Source: Phoronis australis | Lineage: Eukaryota; Animalia; Phoronida | Direction: 5' to 3' | DNA length: 64,000 nucleotides | NCBI GenBank assembly: GCA_002633005.1 | Contig: NMRA01000195.1 | Span: 656,378 to 720,377, forward strand | Shown here: one piece after another, positions 55,701 through 64,000 of the stretch | Layout: each line of letters opens with the position of its first letter | Numbering within the stretch: position 1 is the stretch's first letter | The notes under the pieces: generated by a model | What the model saw: only the letters and a program-made list of their open reading frames with translations | What the model was told of the DNA's origin: nothing | Database searches by the model: none | Position numbers and translations under genes: made by a program

Positions 55701-56347
55701 ATACAGGAAACAATCACGGCGTATGACTGTGGAAATTTTCCGGAATTCAACCATATAGAAAAACGAGAATTGAAAAGGGATCTTTAAGAAAAAGGGATTC
55801 TATTCAGTTCAAAATTAAACCCACGAACTTGCTTTATTCCCTTGCTCTGCATTTCCTTGTTTTCGATTGATGTCAGGAAGGTGAAGAGCTTAACGCCACG
55901 CTTCCGCCACTATATGACAAGATTACCCAACTTTCTCCCCTTGAAGTTGTAGCCCACAGTAAAGCAGTAATAGCACTTTTGTTGGCATTGGAAGGACAGA
56001 TAGAGTGCAGCTAAGAAAACTTTTGAAAAATATGACAACAAAGAACATCTGACACTAGTACAATGGCGTGGAAACGTACAAGGCTACATAAGTGAGTAAC
56101 AAATATTGTAGCACTGTGGGTAATTGCAGTGAGATTCTAGTCTCCAATCGCAGTGTAATCCGTAAATCTTATTGCGCACGATCGCGGTATCCAGGCCCAG
56201 TCTAGAGACTCTAGTCTCTACTCGACTCTACTGTCTCTACTCTAGTCAGGACTAGGGATCTGCACAAGGCAATGTAGAAATGTTTAGTATTACCAGTGTT
56301 TCTCGAACTATTTCATCCACCTGCGTCTCCAATTGATGCTGTGACAT
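1658..56347 (-). CDS. MED23: Mediator complex subunit 23, 24 coding exons in window (3' part lies beyond left edge)
   Basis: Spliced translation is colinear with MED23 as I recall it (KIIGGVDYKG, RNACLLP, KGRDQLMWVLLQFISGSIQKNA, LDSLTVHAKMSLIH, EIESLGIKGFISQLLP, YLPVYFSNVCLRFLPVFD). All exons are GT-AG bounded with matching phases; 3220 nt = 1073 codons + 1. Confidence 0.97.
3288..3386 (-). CDS. MED23: MED23 exon 23 (RPLTYLFNTLHYYD...KKKLLQTII)
   Basis: Matches RPVTYLYNTLHYYE. Confidence 0.94.
3795..3894 (-). CDS. MED23: MED23 exon 22 (VFDLVIHRLIE...LGKIYRFH)
   Basis: Matches VFDIVIHRFLE...LYKFH. Confidence 0.94.
4395..4574 (-). CDS. MED23: MED23 exon 21 (NSPEHWL...YLPVYFSNVCLRFLP)
   Basis: Conserved NSPEHWL, KYPE, YLP.YF.NVCLRFLP. 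Confidence 0.95.
4793..4900 (-). CDS. MED23: MED23 exon 20 (VLRHFEGNEAQVCY...EFRNRVNDFVND)
   Basis: Conserved EGNEAQVCY and FRNRV.DFV. Confidence 0.94.
5905..5976 (-). CDS. MED23: MED23 exon 19 (YVDVTADLVWKCNVVPIDKLVLTL)
   Basis: Matches DMVWKYNIVTLDRLILCL; CTG|GTAAG donor. Confidence 0.9.
6728..6954 (-). CDS. MED23: MED23 exon 18 (ENDAIAHFSQQGAPPIFLCVLWK...RTFADYLVFEF)
   Basis: Conserved HFS.QG.PP.FLC.LWK and RTFAD.LV.EF. Confidence 0.95.
7294..7491 (-). CDS. MED23: MED23 exon 17 (GSESISGSWCKDLL...HTLECFP...QRWQ)
   Basis: Matches GSDSIQGTWCKDIL...HTLSCFP. Confidence 0.94.
8685..8854 (-). CDS. MED23: MED23 exon 16 (AESTSLRLITSLGS...EELNRALVLTVARAMAMT)
   Basis: Matches VESTALRLITALGS...EELNRAL. 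Confidence 0.94.
9179..9270 (-). pseudogene. Diverged partial duplicate of MED23 exon 16 with an in-frame TGA
   Basis: gttgtag|C GCT GAG AGT ATG TCA CTC TGA CTC ATC TCC AGC CTT GGT TGT GCT GAG GTC aligns codon-for-codon with gttgcag|T GCC GAG AGT ACC TCA CTG CGA CTT ATC ACA AGT CTT GGC AGT GCA GAG GTA. Confidence 0.85.
10518..10695 (-). CDS. MED23: MED23 exon 15 (QLLPSVFKSSAWGILHTLLDMFSYRLHHIQPHYRVQLLS...QLHL)
   Basis: Directly continues IKGFIS from exon 14 in the correct phase. Confidence 0.96.
13497..14098. mobile_element. MITE-like element with ~190-bp imperfect terminal inverted repeats
   Basis: aagtcaaatatcgataaaactatgctttgccaaccattaaaaatacatattctctgaaaggagaaag is mirrored by ctttctcctttcagaaaatatatacttttaatggttgacaaagcattgttttatcgatatttgactt. 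Confidence 0.85.
15395..15650. repeat. ~40-bp minisatellite, ~6 degenerate copies
   Basis: ggatgaacat..atagaaaacgatctgatctttattggagatg units. Confidence 0.85.
17753..29617 (+). CDS. Giant LRR/mucin-like cell-surface protein, main exon (signal peptide, 3 LRR cassettes, Thr-rich repeats), nested antisense in MED23 intron 14
   Basis: 3955 uninterrupted codons with a hydrophobic N-terminus ending TSA|QNC. LRRNT-LRR-LRRCT cassettes at 17837-19126, 19424-20704 and 27863-29230. Strong donor AAG|GTAAGT at 29617. The start may instead be a phase-0 acceptor ttttcag|GTT at 17786. Confidence 0.93.
19130..19312 (+). repeat. Coding 21-bp tandem repeat (TTTTQ[A/V]P, ~8-9 copies)
   Basis: ccaacaactacaacacaagca and ccaacgactacgactcaagta units. 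Confidence 0.92.
20790..27620 (+). repeat. Coding 42-bp (14-aa) mucin-like tandem array, roughly 160 units, two subfamilies
   Basis: TTKAHDQTTQPAGV units up to ~24830, then STKPHDQTTQPAEV units. Copy number estimated as length/42. Confidence 0.95.
29333..29480 (+). repeat. Coding 24-bp repeat (TTPQAQ[D/E]R, ~5-6 copies) in the juxtamembrane stalk
   Basis: Visible in translation and DNA (agaactacac...caagcacaag). Confidence 0.85.
30244..30660 (+). CDS. Terminal exon of the LRR/mucin protein: TM helix and acidic cytoplasmic tail
   Basis: ctttacag|GAA acceptor in phase 0 with the 29617 donor. TM VTVIVIVVAAAIMLFMVIILCIIGV (30349-30423) then RK stop-transfer; tail contains NVYDNNTF; stop TGA at 30660. 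Confidence 0.88.
   Translation, partial: ETTPTRIGQVTSPTAQSDGQSNRVVDPTVMPGLTTVTVIVIVVAAAIMLFMVIILCIIGVTRKQQGSQTSKQQLSHSSRNSAQDFSEMEEGSSEENQNVYDNNTFDFLSKESSDETGAKETEGDETVAGLSEIELNMA
31414..31419 (+). terminator. Candidate AATAAA polyadenylation signal of the nested gene
   Basis: AATAAA ~750 nt after the stop in a U-rich context; ATTAAA near 30988 is an alternative. Confidence 0.4.
33095..34210 (-). mobile_element. Non-autonomous Helentron/DINE-1-like element (copy 1)
   Basis: Subterminal inverted repeats ATGCGCCC at both ends, short hairpin next to an ACAAG end, GGAC/GAC microsatellite remnant, A/T-run flanks and internal direct duplications. Confidence 0.7.
34767..34909 (-). CDS. MED23: MED23 exon 14 (LIHQ...ALAPAMIETYARLLVYTEIESLGIKGFI)
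   Basis: Near-invariant motif; its GTGAGT donor opens the 24-kb intron. Confidence 0.96.
35406..35574 (-). CDS. MED23: MED23 exon 13 (YSTNP...LLDSLTVHAKMS)
   Basis: Conserved YSTN, IYGN, PLPM.LLDSLTVHAKMS. Confidence 0.95.
36094..37608 (-). mobile_element. Helentron/DINE-1-like element (copy 2, spans the N-gap)
   Basis: Same ends as copy 1 (acaagagcaacgcggagcgttgaaatgcgcccac ... gtgggcgcata) with a (GGAC)n/(GACGCC)n tract at 37497-37562. Confidence 0.7.
37627..37703 (-). CDS. MED23: MED23 exon 12 (FLKQ...YAIALLSNA)
   Basis: Matches FLQQ...YKIALLCNA; ttacag acceptor, GTAAG donor; phase 2-1. Confidence 0.9.
38583..38990. repeat. 51-bp minisatellite, 8 near-identical copies
   Basis: atgaacgaaggtttagccaagttattatgagtgcattacagtctagaaata x8. 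Confidence 0.96.
39217..39419 (-). CDS. MED23: MED23 exon 11 (LSDFLPVMKLHDILYPEKE...TCIWIHL...)
   Basis: Conserved DFLPVMKL..LYPEKE and TCIWIHL. Confidence 0.95.
41338..41418 (-). CDS. MED23: MED23 exon 10 (LKDLRKGRDQLMWVLLQFISGSIQKNA)
   Basis: Near-invariant MED23 motif. Confidence 0.95.
41716..41913 (-). CDS. MED23: MED23 exon 9 (AKTRC...LWQHLSAQLIFFVLSQFASFPH...DK)
   Basis: Conserved LWQHLS.QLIFFVL.QFASFPH; AAG|GTGAG donor. Confidence 0.95.
42534..42629 (-). CDS. MED23: MED23 exon 8 (ELLMPQTELLKYVV...LNKQ)
   Basis: Matches PQTALLRYVLEQPYSRDMV...LNKQ. Confidence 0.94.
43135..43317 (-). CDS. MED23: MED23 exon 7 (TIGRLLADFVQSFRPTA...GPLPYNH)
   Basis: Conserved FRPTA, WKL, LRFP..G.LPY. Confidence 0.94.
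43784..43879 (-). CDS. MED23: MED23 exon 6 (VVELVLDRNACLLPGYFAV...WPHW)
   Basis: Conserved RNACLLP.YFAV; TGG|GTGAGT donor. Confidence 0.94.
44633..44725 (-). CDS. MED23: MED23 exon 5 (GCRDLLRDILEKAQSIP...)
   Basis: Matches GVRDLLKVILEK; canonical splice sites. Confidence 0.92.
45163..45560 (-). mobile_element. TTAA-flanked MITE (Kolobok-like ends), copy 1
   Basis: ttaa-AGCATATCTTCAATGG ... CCGTTGAAGTTAGACT-ttaa; reverse-complement homolog of 51033-51455. Confidence 0.8.
45818..45929 (-). CDS. MED23: MED23 exon 4 (MVSEALL...YKIIGGVDYK)
   Basis: Conserved KIIGGVDYK; AAG|GTAC donor. Confidence 0.93.
48113..48240 (-). CDS. MED23: MED23 exon 3 (QETKELVLRYY...VLSAR)
   Basis: AG/GT boundaries, phase 0-2; fits between exons 2 and 4. 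Confidence 0.85.
49876..49992 (-). CDS. MED23: MED23 exon 2, copy B (identical duplicate, probably a haplotype/assembly duplication)
   Basis: Same sequence as 50538-50654, inside a ~630-bp direct duplication split by the n at 50188. Confidence 0.7.
50538..50654 (-). CDS. MED23: MED23 exon 2, copy A (YPDAIEEVFCGLIVKNTEDEY...DAQTQ)
   Basis: ttttcag acceptor, CAG|GT donor, 117 nt phase 0-0; similar to IEEAFPG...TPEDEK. Confidence 0.85.
51033..51455 (+). mobile_element. TTAA-flanked MITE (Kolobok-like ends), copy 2
   Basis: ttaa-AGCCTAACTTCAACGG ... CTGTTCAAGGTAGGCT-ttaa; internal sequence shared with copy 1. Confidence 0.82.
52035..54507 (+). mobile_element. 5'-truncated, frameshifted non-LTR retrotransposon (RT + RNase H; I/Nimb/Ingi-like group) in MED23 intron 1
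   Basis: SAPGPDGV, PKP.K, GLPQGSPLSSVLFNVY, YVDD, YLGI RT motifs; RNase H remnants DGS, SSFRAE.EA, YIPGHCGISFN..ADELA. Frameshifts and stops near 52510, 54000 and 54340; no endonuclease or ORF1. Confidence 0.92.
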
Positions 56348-56704
56348 GTTGAAATTCTCACGAAAAGTCTACATATGTCACAAAATACGCATTTCAGACA
56401 ATGATTTGACATATACTAATTCAAAACATTCAATCAAAGGGCGCTGACATTTTGAACCGTGCATTGTGGGCAATTTTGTGTTTAATTAATTTGAGACATA
56501 AAAATTTGAGCTCTTGAATCATCTAGACTTAGTTAAAGAACATCTTTATAAAAATTTTAAATAATAAAATGTTCCTGTGCTGCTTTTTGAAAAAAATAAA
56601 TGAACAACACAATTACGCATGCGCTCTACTGGAGAACAAGGTTGGTCTTCCTGAATTGCCATTTTTGGGATTCTTGTGTTTTGTTGAAGTTTTTGCACCC
56701 AAAG
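56111..56704. promoter_or_regulatory. Putative bidirectional housekeeping promoter region
   Basis: ZNF143/SBS-like motifs on the minus strand (ACTGCAATTACCCACAGTGC at 56111-56130; GCCCACAATGCA at 56460-56471), NRF1-like ACGCATGCGC (~56615), YY1-like GCCATTTT (~56658), and a + strand donor AAG|GTATGC at 56704. Confidence 0.5.
56294..56347 (-). CDS. MED23: MED23 coding exon 1 (MSQHQLETQVDEIVRETL)
   Basis: ATG at 56347, donor CTG|GTAAT; resembles the METQLQSIFEEVVK N-terminus. Confidence 0.85.
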
Positions 56705-57531
56705 GTATGCTGTATGAGTCATGGTGACGGTTTGTCGTCTTATGATATAGTTAACTTATTAACTGGTGATATTAGTTAGGTTATTCACTCGTGTATTGTA
56801 ATTTTCACGTAAAGGTGAACATTTGCAAATTAAGCGACCCAACCCCACAAAAATTCAGTTGTGAATGTGGATTGGCGTCCGGTCGACCTTCCGGTGCCAG
56901 TGATTCATCATCTGATCATCTCGAGTACAGTGAGACTGTTGATCATTATTGATTTGTCAAGCTTAAAGACAAAAGTGGTGAGATTAAAAGTTTATTATAA
57001 GAGGTCTTTTTGTAGATCTGGATTTAGCACAAATTACAAGTATCCTGGATAAATTTTGACTGAGCTGAGGCCGAAGTGATGGCCAGATAAGAAAAGTTTC
57101 ATAAAATAATATAAAACTCAGTGTTGCAGGTTTTCTTGTTTAGTGGTAATACCTGTCTGTTAGCCTGGTATTAATTGTGTGCAGTTAATGCACAAGATCA
57201 CTAATCTAAACTGTGACCTAGTAAGCGATTGCTTATATTTCATATTTGAAATTCAAAAACAAGTATACTTGTTGGCCTACTCGTGGTAGCCTCTTGGTGT
57301 AACCACTTAAATTGTTTAGTCTAAAGAGTATGCAAAATGCTCTCATTCACAACGAAATTCATCACATGATATTTTTCGTTTTGATGAAAAAATTATTTGT
57401 TTTTTAAACTTTAATGGGTCACTTAACTAGGTCAGGTAAAAACTACCCAAGTTATTTCAGCTATTCATATATCAATCAGCTGTTCTACTATGTCAGGGCT
57501 CAATATTTGGCGACCTGCAAGTGGCTAATGC

Positions 57532-58527
57532 GACCTTAGATTGTGTTTGGCTACCTGGGAAAAATTCCAAGTCGGCAGTGCAAGTATGAAAGTCAGACAA
57601 TAATTCCCTCAAAATTTGTTTCAAAGTTCAGTTTGACTTTCAAACTTTAAATTACTAACAATTTTCCTAGATTAAGTACCTTTGATTCATATTTGTTCCG
57701 TCTATTTCGTGAATTCAGCGCATTTAGCACCACGCTTAAATTACAACAGGAAGTAAACATGTCCGAATTGCTTGGCAAAAATCAGGCAAGATCGGTGAAA
57801 TGAGTGCCATCAATGCATTCTATATTTGTTCGTCGGAAGGAGGAATTGAGTGAGCGAATGAACATACGACTACATTTAGGCATTTACGGGTCGGAAACCC
57901 CAGAATTCATTCCGGCGCTTGAGTTTTCTTAGTTTTGGCGACCTCAGATTTCATTTGACGACCTGGAATAAAAAATCATCAGATTACTGCGTTCAACGCT
58001 TACGTCAATGCTAAGTTGCATTTGGCGACCTGGCAAAAATCTCAGGTCGCCAAACAAAATCTGAGATCGCCAAAACTGAACGTCTCCGGCGCCGACAAAG
58101 TCTGAGGTGGTTTCCTATCCAGCATTCATTGTAATGACACTTCTCTAAGTTCCTCCTGTAAATCTGCGTACGTTTGTTCTCTAACTCATTTATTTCTCCT
58201 GCTGCTGACCGTACGAATGAGCCTAGGATGCAGATGACGGCATGGGTTGGTGGCGTGAATTTCGCTGAGCTTGCATGATTTTTGCGGAGCAGTTTTGTTT
58301 ACTTCCTGTTATAATTTTAATGTGCTGGCAAATGTGCTGAATTCACAAAATGAAGGGAACACTTGTAATAAATCCAGGAAAACCGTTAGTTAGTAATTTA
58401 AAATTTGAAAGTGAACAAGAACCTTCAAAGGAATTTAGAGGGAATTATTGTCTGACTTCGATACTCACTGTGGCGACTTCGTGGCGACTTGGAATTTTTT
58501 CCAGGTCGCCAAACACAATCTGAGGTC
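57532..58527. mobile_element. ~1-kb foldback/palindromic element with TTGGCGACCT subrepeats
   Basis: Arm 57532-57965 is the imperfect reverse complement of 58042-58527, e.g. gaccttagattgtgtttggctacctgg vs ccaggtcgccaaacacaatctgaggtc, and acaacaggaagtaaaca vs tgtttacttcctgttat. Confidence 0.85.
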
Positions 58528-58809
58528 TGGATTAGTTGTCCAACGAGATATGTCTTTACAATTATCAACCAATTAGAACAATGAATACATTTTTGGGTAA
58601 GCACCAAAAATATGCTGAAATAGCGGTTTGTTTTGACATCCCTCATTAAACAGTACACACCATGGATTTTTGCACATTTTGAATTACCGGTGGCCACAGA
58701 CTAAATGTAAGACGTAAAATTTAGCTAAACCCATGTTTATTTTGTGTAATTAGCTCAAAATTTTGATTTTTCTTTCAATTTTGCCAATTTTCACATTTCC
58801 CGCCATGTG

Positions 58810-59479
58810 ACGTCATGGGTTGAACACAAGAGATCAGTGACTAGCATTGAACAATGGCGGAGACCAGGGAATTTGAAAGTGACGACGATTAAGAGCAAGA
58901 ATTGAACGAATACTATGAAGAAACGTATGGGAATGGTGGCCAGGATGAGGAAATGGGGTTGCACGAAAGCGAGAACAAGTTTAATGTGCTTCCGGCTGCG
59001 TACTTTTCTACTTTGAGCCTTATGAACTGGATCCTCCCGCGAGAGAAGCGGCCTCGGGCTCGGCGAGTCAACCCAGTCATCCAACAGACGATCCTGAATT
59101 AAGAGCTGATGTTTCTGAATGATAAATATTGTCCTTTATTGAACCAGGCCTTCATCGTCTCCTGTGACTGGAGTCGAAACACGAGTCCTCAAAGTGGGCA
59201 GAACACAGAGTGGCCCCAGACCGAATCGCTTGGTCCACGATGACGTCCCACACTCTCGTTCGGCGCACGAAGTCATGCCTCTTCTGCGCAACTTTGGTGT
59301 CCTTCGGAACACCGAGACGTTTTCCGCCAGGCTGCTGTTGCTGCAGCCTCCGGAAATACATCTTTTGATCCCTCAACGAACCTTCTCGACGCTAAATGTA
59401 CTTTGCATTCTCTTCACTCTATACACTTAGTCTCTGATCCAAACGGTATGGCGAACGACTTGGGTTCAACCCATGACGT
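58810..59479 (-). mobile_element. DNA-transposon remnant with a THAP zinc-finger pseudogene between 21-bp inverted repeats
   Basis: IRs ACGTCATGGGTTGAACACAAG and CTTGGGTTCAACCCATGACGT (1 mismatch). Minus strand RCISGGCSN...VF, then a frameshift, then PKD...LCSAHFEDSCF...RR*RPG, giving the THAP C2CH signature. Confidence 0.8.
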
Positions 59480-61897
59480 TGTACATAATTATTATTTTTT
59501 TCAATTTTTGCGTGTTTCTTTATGAGCTGTGCACTAAAGGCACTGAAATCAAGTGAGATATAATAATAAAATTTATTTTGAGGTACTAGAGTCATGTTGT
59601 GTACACTTTAAGAGAACAAATCCAAGCCAAGGTCGCTTCAGTATAGGAGACTTCTGTGCTGGTATTTCAATGTTTGAATATGTAGAGGTATAAATTTTAT
59701 ACATATTGGTTGATGTGTGGAAGTGTCCAACAAATTGCTCATTACAAATAAAACAAAAATTGAGTTATGTCTGAAGTTTTTCAAAAATTAAATTGAGGAT
59801 AGGCTTAAAGCTGAACATGGGGAAGTACAAATTTTAAAAACATGGAATTTTGGTGTGAATCCAGACAAGAACAGTATGATGCTGTCAAGGACGGGAAATA
59901 ACTAACTTTAGCAGTTGATGTTTGTGTGGCAACATTTCCCTGTGGCGTAGTAATTGCAAATAAGTTGAATGTTGGTGTCAAAAATTGTGTTTACTGAACT
60001 TTTTGCATGTGTTTCAAGTAAAAATTCTCATGTTTAGAACGGTGAAGAATGAATTATTTTGCTCAAGACTGGAGCTTGAATCAAAATTTAGAAATTAGCA
60101 ATATTGGCCGTCCCAAATTCAAGAATAATGAGAAAGACAAATTTTACATTAGCAACTATTTTTAGCTATATATCTGATTTTTTGATGTCTGAAAAGTATG
60201 ATGAATGCCAACATTGCCCATAATCCCAATCTTCAGAACAGAAACAAATCCAGTTTTGGCTTGGATATCAATGTCCCAAATTTTAGAGACTGTCCCAAAC
60301 TGGAGAATTTTTTAGTGTAACTTAGGGCTGGCAGGTCTTTCCGTTAAGGCTATCAGTGAGCTCCATTCAGTTCTTGCTTTTATCATATGTTAACGAGCAT
60401 TGTGTCACCATATTAAAATATGAAAATGAAGTGTTCCACCCTGAAACAGGAACCAGATCAATAGCTTGTATAAGTGGCACTGCATGGGGCTTTGAAGTCT
60501 GCATAGGTGGCAAAAAGTATCCGCTCATCGAGTGGCTTAACTGCTAAAAGGTGACAGTAGCTATTTCTGGCTGAAAATTAATTCAACAAGCTGTACATTA
60601 TGTTCATATTAGTGTCACAAACTACTTATTTCCTACAACAATAAACTTTATCTGCAATCAAATAGTGCTATCTGAGTTTAAATTACACTCTAAAACATAT
60701 ATACTTCACTGCACTGTTAGCCGTTTTTGGACTGTTGGGTGGAGCTTTTGTAGTCTGAGGGTTGAGTCAAGATCACTGATCATACAATCAAACAAAACAC
60801 ATCAATATAAACACGTCATTATTTTCCCATTAAAATCCAGGCAGTATGATTAGGAATTACAATATGTCACTGCAGTGATCCTGCAGGTGTTTGTAGTCTC
60901 CACTACCATCTCTACACTGGTGTTCCGGATCATTATGCAATACAAAATGCTGAACAACAGTTTAATAACCAAAAAGAANNNNNNNNNNNNNNNNNNNNNN
61001 NNNNNNNNNNNNNNNNNNNNNNNNNNNNNNNNNNNNNNNNNNNNNNNNNNNNNNNNNNNNNNNNNNNNNNNNNNNNNNNNNNNNNNNNNNNNNNNNNNNN
61101 NNNNNNNNNNNNNNNNNNNNNNNNNNNNNNNNNNNNNNNNNNNNNNNNNNNNNNNNNNNNNNNNNNNNNNNNNNNNNNNNNNNNNNNNNNNNNNNNNNNN
61201 NNNNNNNNNNNNNNNNNNNNNNNNNNNNNNNNNNNNNNNNNNNNNNNNNNNNNNNNNNNNNNNNNNNNNNNNNNNNNNNNNNNNNNNNNNNNNNNNNNNN
61301 NNNNNNNNNNNNNNNNNNNNNNNNNNNNNNNNNNNNNNNNNNNNNNNNNNNNNNNNNNNNNNNNNNNNNNNNNNNNNNNNNNNNNNNNNNNNNNNNNNNN
61401 NNNNNNNNNNNNNNNNNNNNNNNNNNNNNNNNNNNNNNNNNNNNNNNNNNNNNNNNNNNNNNNNNNNNNNNNNNNNNNNNNNNNNNNNNNNNNNNNNNNN
61501 NNNNNNNNNNNNNNNNNNNNNNNNNNNNNNNNNNNNNNNNNNNNNNNNNNNNNNNNNNNNNNNNNNNNNNNNNNNNNNNNNNNNNNNNNNNNNNNNNNNN
61601 NNNNNNNNNNNNNNNNNNNNNNNNNNNNNNNNNNNNNNNNNNNNNNNNNNNNNNNNNNNNNNNNNNNNNNNNNNNNNNNNNNNNNNNNNNNNNNNNNNNN
61701 NNNNNNNNNNNNNNNNNNNNNNNNNNNNNNNNNNNNNNNNNNNNNNNNNNNNNNNNNNNNNNNNNNNNNNNNNNNNNNNNNNCACGCAGCTGGCTGGCTT
61801 TCAGCCCACTTTGTTTTGGTTATGCCTAGTTGACCCAGACTGACCCAGCCAGCACTGTCCTACTGCAGACTGGACCGTCATGTTGCGCCATCTATTG

Positions 61898-62076
61898 TTC
61901 TTTATTGTAGTTGATTGTATGCTCTCTATTTGATTTCTTCGCTAGTCACATGAATGTTATCGTGTTTGCCAAACTACCACTTTAGATAGAGTTTTGAACG
62001 GGCTTTCATTCTTTATTGTAGTTGATTGTATGCTCTCAATTTGATTTCTTCGCTAGTCACATGAATGATATCGTGT
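61898..62076. repeat. ~70-bp direct duplication, 110 bp apart
   Basis: ttctttattgtagttgattgtatgctctc.atttgatttcttcgctagtcacatgaatg.tatcgtgtt occurs twice. Confidence 0.85.
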
Positions 62077-63692
62077 TCGTCGTCTTTTCGATTAATTCCA
62101 CCAAGTGTCGCTCCTCCGAGCGCTCTCGTTTTGTGCTTTGATAATAATTGAAAATTGATGAAAATTATGACGAAAGCTTGCCAAAAATACCTGAAATGTG
62201 TATTTTTAAAATATGACTTCATCAGCCTTGACGGGCCAACGAGTGACAAAATTCCCTCGGGAACGTGAAAAAACAAATAGATTTTACACAATCAAGAATT
62301 TCAATACATTGTTGGGAAAACCTCAAGCTTGGTTCTGTTTGGCTCATGTCTCTCCAATATATTAGTATATGCTCGTTCATGTTCACAACATTTTTTCTGG
62401 GATGAACAGAGTTGCTATCCGGCATCAGACTGTTGCCAGATTAATTCTTGTTACTAGAATTGTGCCAAAACATTTGAATTGTTGTTGCTTAACTCACTAG
62501 GTACACTAGATTTGGAAAATACGTGTCTTAAAGAATTTAGTTGCATATGAATGATAAATATTTTATACAACATACGTTTTAATCAATGTGAGTTATTGTA
62601 TACTGCTCATGATATTCAAGACGATTTAAAAATGTCATGATATGATATAAATGTTTGATAAGAATTCATGTATGTCTTTAGATTTTCATATTAAGTTGTT
62701 TCCCCAGGCTTTTGTCTACACCTGCTCTAGAAATCCATCACAAGCCACCAGTCACTTGGCTATCGGTTGTAAATTATACTGTCCTATTTTTGGGTCGAAG
62801 TTACAAAATCAATATTTCAACAATTCAGACATTCAACAAGTTTGAAACATATATCATGCCCTGTGATAGCTTTCAAGTTGTAGAGTCTTGAAGCCAAATA
62901 CCATTAACTAAAGTGTGATGGTGACATAATTAATACAAATATGAGACAAGGTAATGCAGAAAGACAGTTGTTACCGTGGGTAGATTATAGTTTAAAAAGT
63001 GGTCCACGCATTCTTGGAGCTGTGGAGTGTCCTTTTTTCCATCAAAGTCTCCATCTTATGTCTTACTAGAACTTCATTTACCAGACAAAATATAATGAAA
63101 TGAACCCAATTCTGGCGTTTCATTCAAGTTGAATGTAAACTTCAGAACAGAAAACAGTTTATTGATGAGCTGGCAAAAGAAAAGAAATTGGCCAATAGAT
63201 GACGCTCTATTTTGTGGCGTGTGAAGCAGACGCATGTCATCACTTCGCAAAGTGATCAATAACACCATTTTTAGCACTAGTAAAGTAAAGTAGTAAATTT
63301 TTAATATTTTGTGTCAGACTTTTCGTCCAAAGTGATGTATTTATACAGCTTTGCACAGAAGGTACACCTCAATTGACCGATTGCAAGCTCCACCCCCTTG
63401 CGTAATGTCGACTAGAAACAATAAGTTTTATCCAGCAATGTGTTGTTTGTCGGGTAAAATAGCGGCTTGGAAACGAAGCTGTGTCAATAATGCTGGGTTC
63501 TAAATGGTCGGTTAAGCCGTCACTCAAAATACTGGCAATAGGTCAATTAGCCGTGTGTTTCTTAATTTCTAAACAAGCTACAAAATGTTGAGCTGCACGG
63601 GTGAATAATTGTCTTGTGCTACTCCATACACTCACAAAATGACACAGGTCATGGCGTGTGAACCTTCAAACCATCTTTTTGCAGCCATCAAG

Positions 63693-63879
63693 ATGTCCAG
63701 CCGTAAAACAGGAAGTAAACTGAAGACGAAGAAGAGGGCCCAGCGTGCCACCTCCAACGTTTTCGCCATGTTTGATCAAGCCCAGATTCAAGAGTTCAAG
63801 GAAGCCTTCAACATGATTGATCAGGACAGGGACGGCTTCGTCAGCAAGGAGGACTTACACGACATGTTGGCCTCCTTGG
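63693..63879 (+). CDS. Non-muscle/smooth-muscle myosin II regulatory light chain (sqh/MYL9/MYL12-like), first coding exon
   Basis: MSSRK...[49 protein letters not shown] (Thr/Ser phospho-site and EF-hand 1). Acceptor tttttgcag| at 63684, 8 nt before the ATG; phase-1 donor G|GTATAT at 63879. Confidence 0.96.
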
Positions 63880-64000
63880 GTATATAATACTACATAGTTG
63901 TGTTATTTGTACTGTTGGCACTAAGGGCCACTATCATTGAAGGCCACCGTGTCCTCACTACAAGGTTTTCTATACAAACTGTCCATATGTCTAATTGGTA

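Noticed and set aside
63609-63692. N-terminal extension of the myosin RLC ORF
   Set aside because: It lies mostly upstream of a clear splice acceptor (63684); the family starts at MSS (63693).

Overview
AT-rich, intron-rich animal genomic DNA (looks like a bilaterian invertebrate; species not determinable from sequence), with N-gaps at 36373-37318 and 60979-61782 and a single n at 50188. Most of the window is a minus-strand MED23 (Mediator subunit 23) gene. I traced 24 coding exons by hand from the ATG at 56347 down to 1658 (3220 nt, phases consistent throughout); the gene continues past the left edge through a U12-type intron (GTATCCTTT donor). Nested antisense in its 24-kb intron 14 (10696-34766) is a giant type-I membrane protein gene of about 4090 aa. 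One ~11.8-kb exon encodes a signal peptide, three homologous LRRNT-LRR-LRRCT cassettes each followed by a Thr-rich stalk, and a ~160-copy 14-aa mucin-like array; a second exon encodes the TM helix and an acidic Tyr-bearing tail. A non-muscle myosin regulatory light chain gene begins at the right edge on the + strand and may share a bidirectional promoter with MED23. Other elements: a decayed RT/RNase H LINE, Helentron/DINE-like elements rich in CTCF-like motifs, TTAA-flanked MITEs, a 1-kb foldback, a THAP pseudogene, minisatellites, a stop-containing diverged copy of MED23 exon 16, and a probably artefactual duplication of exon 2. All calls are manual and no database searches were run.
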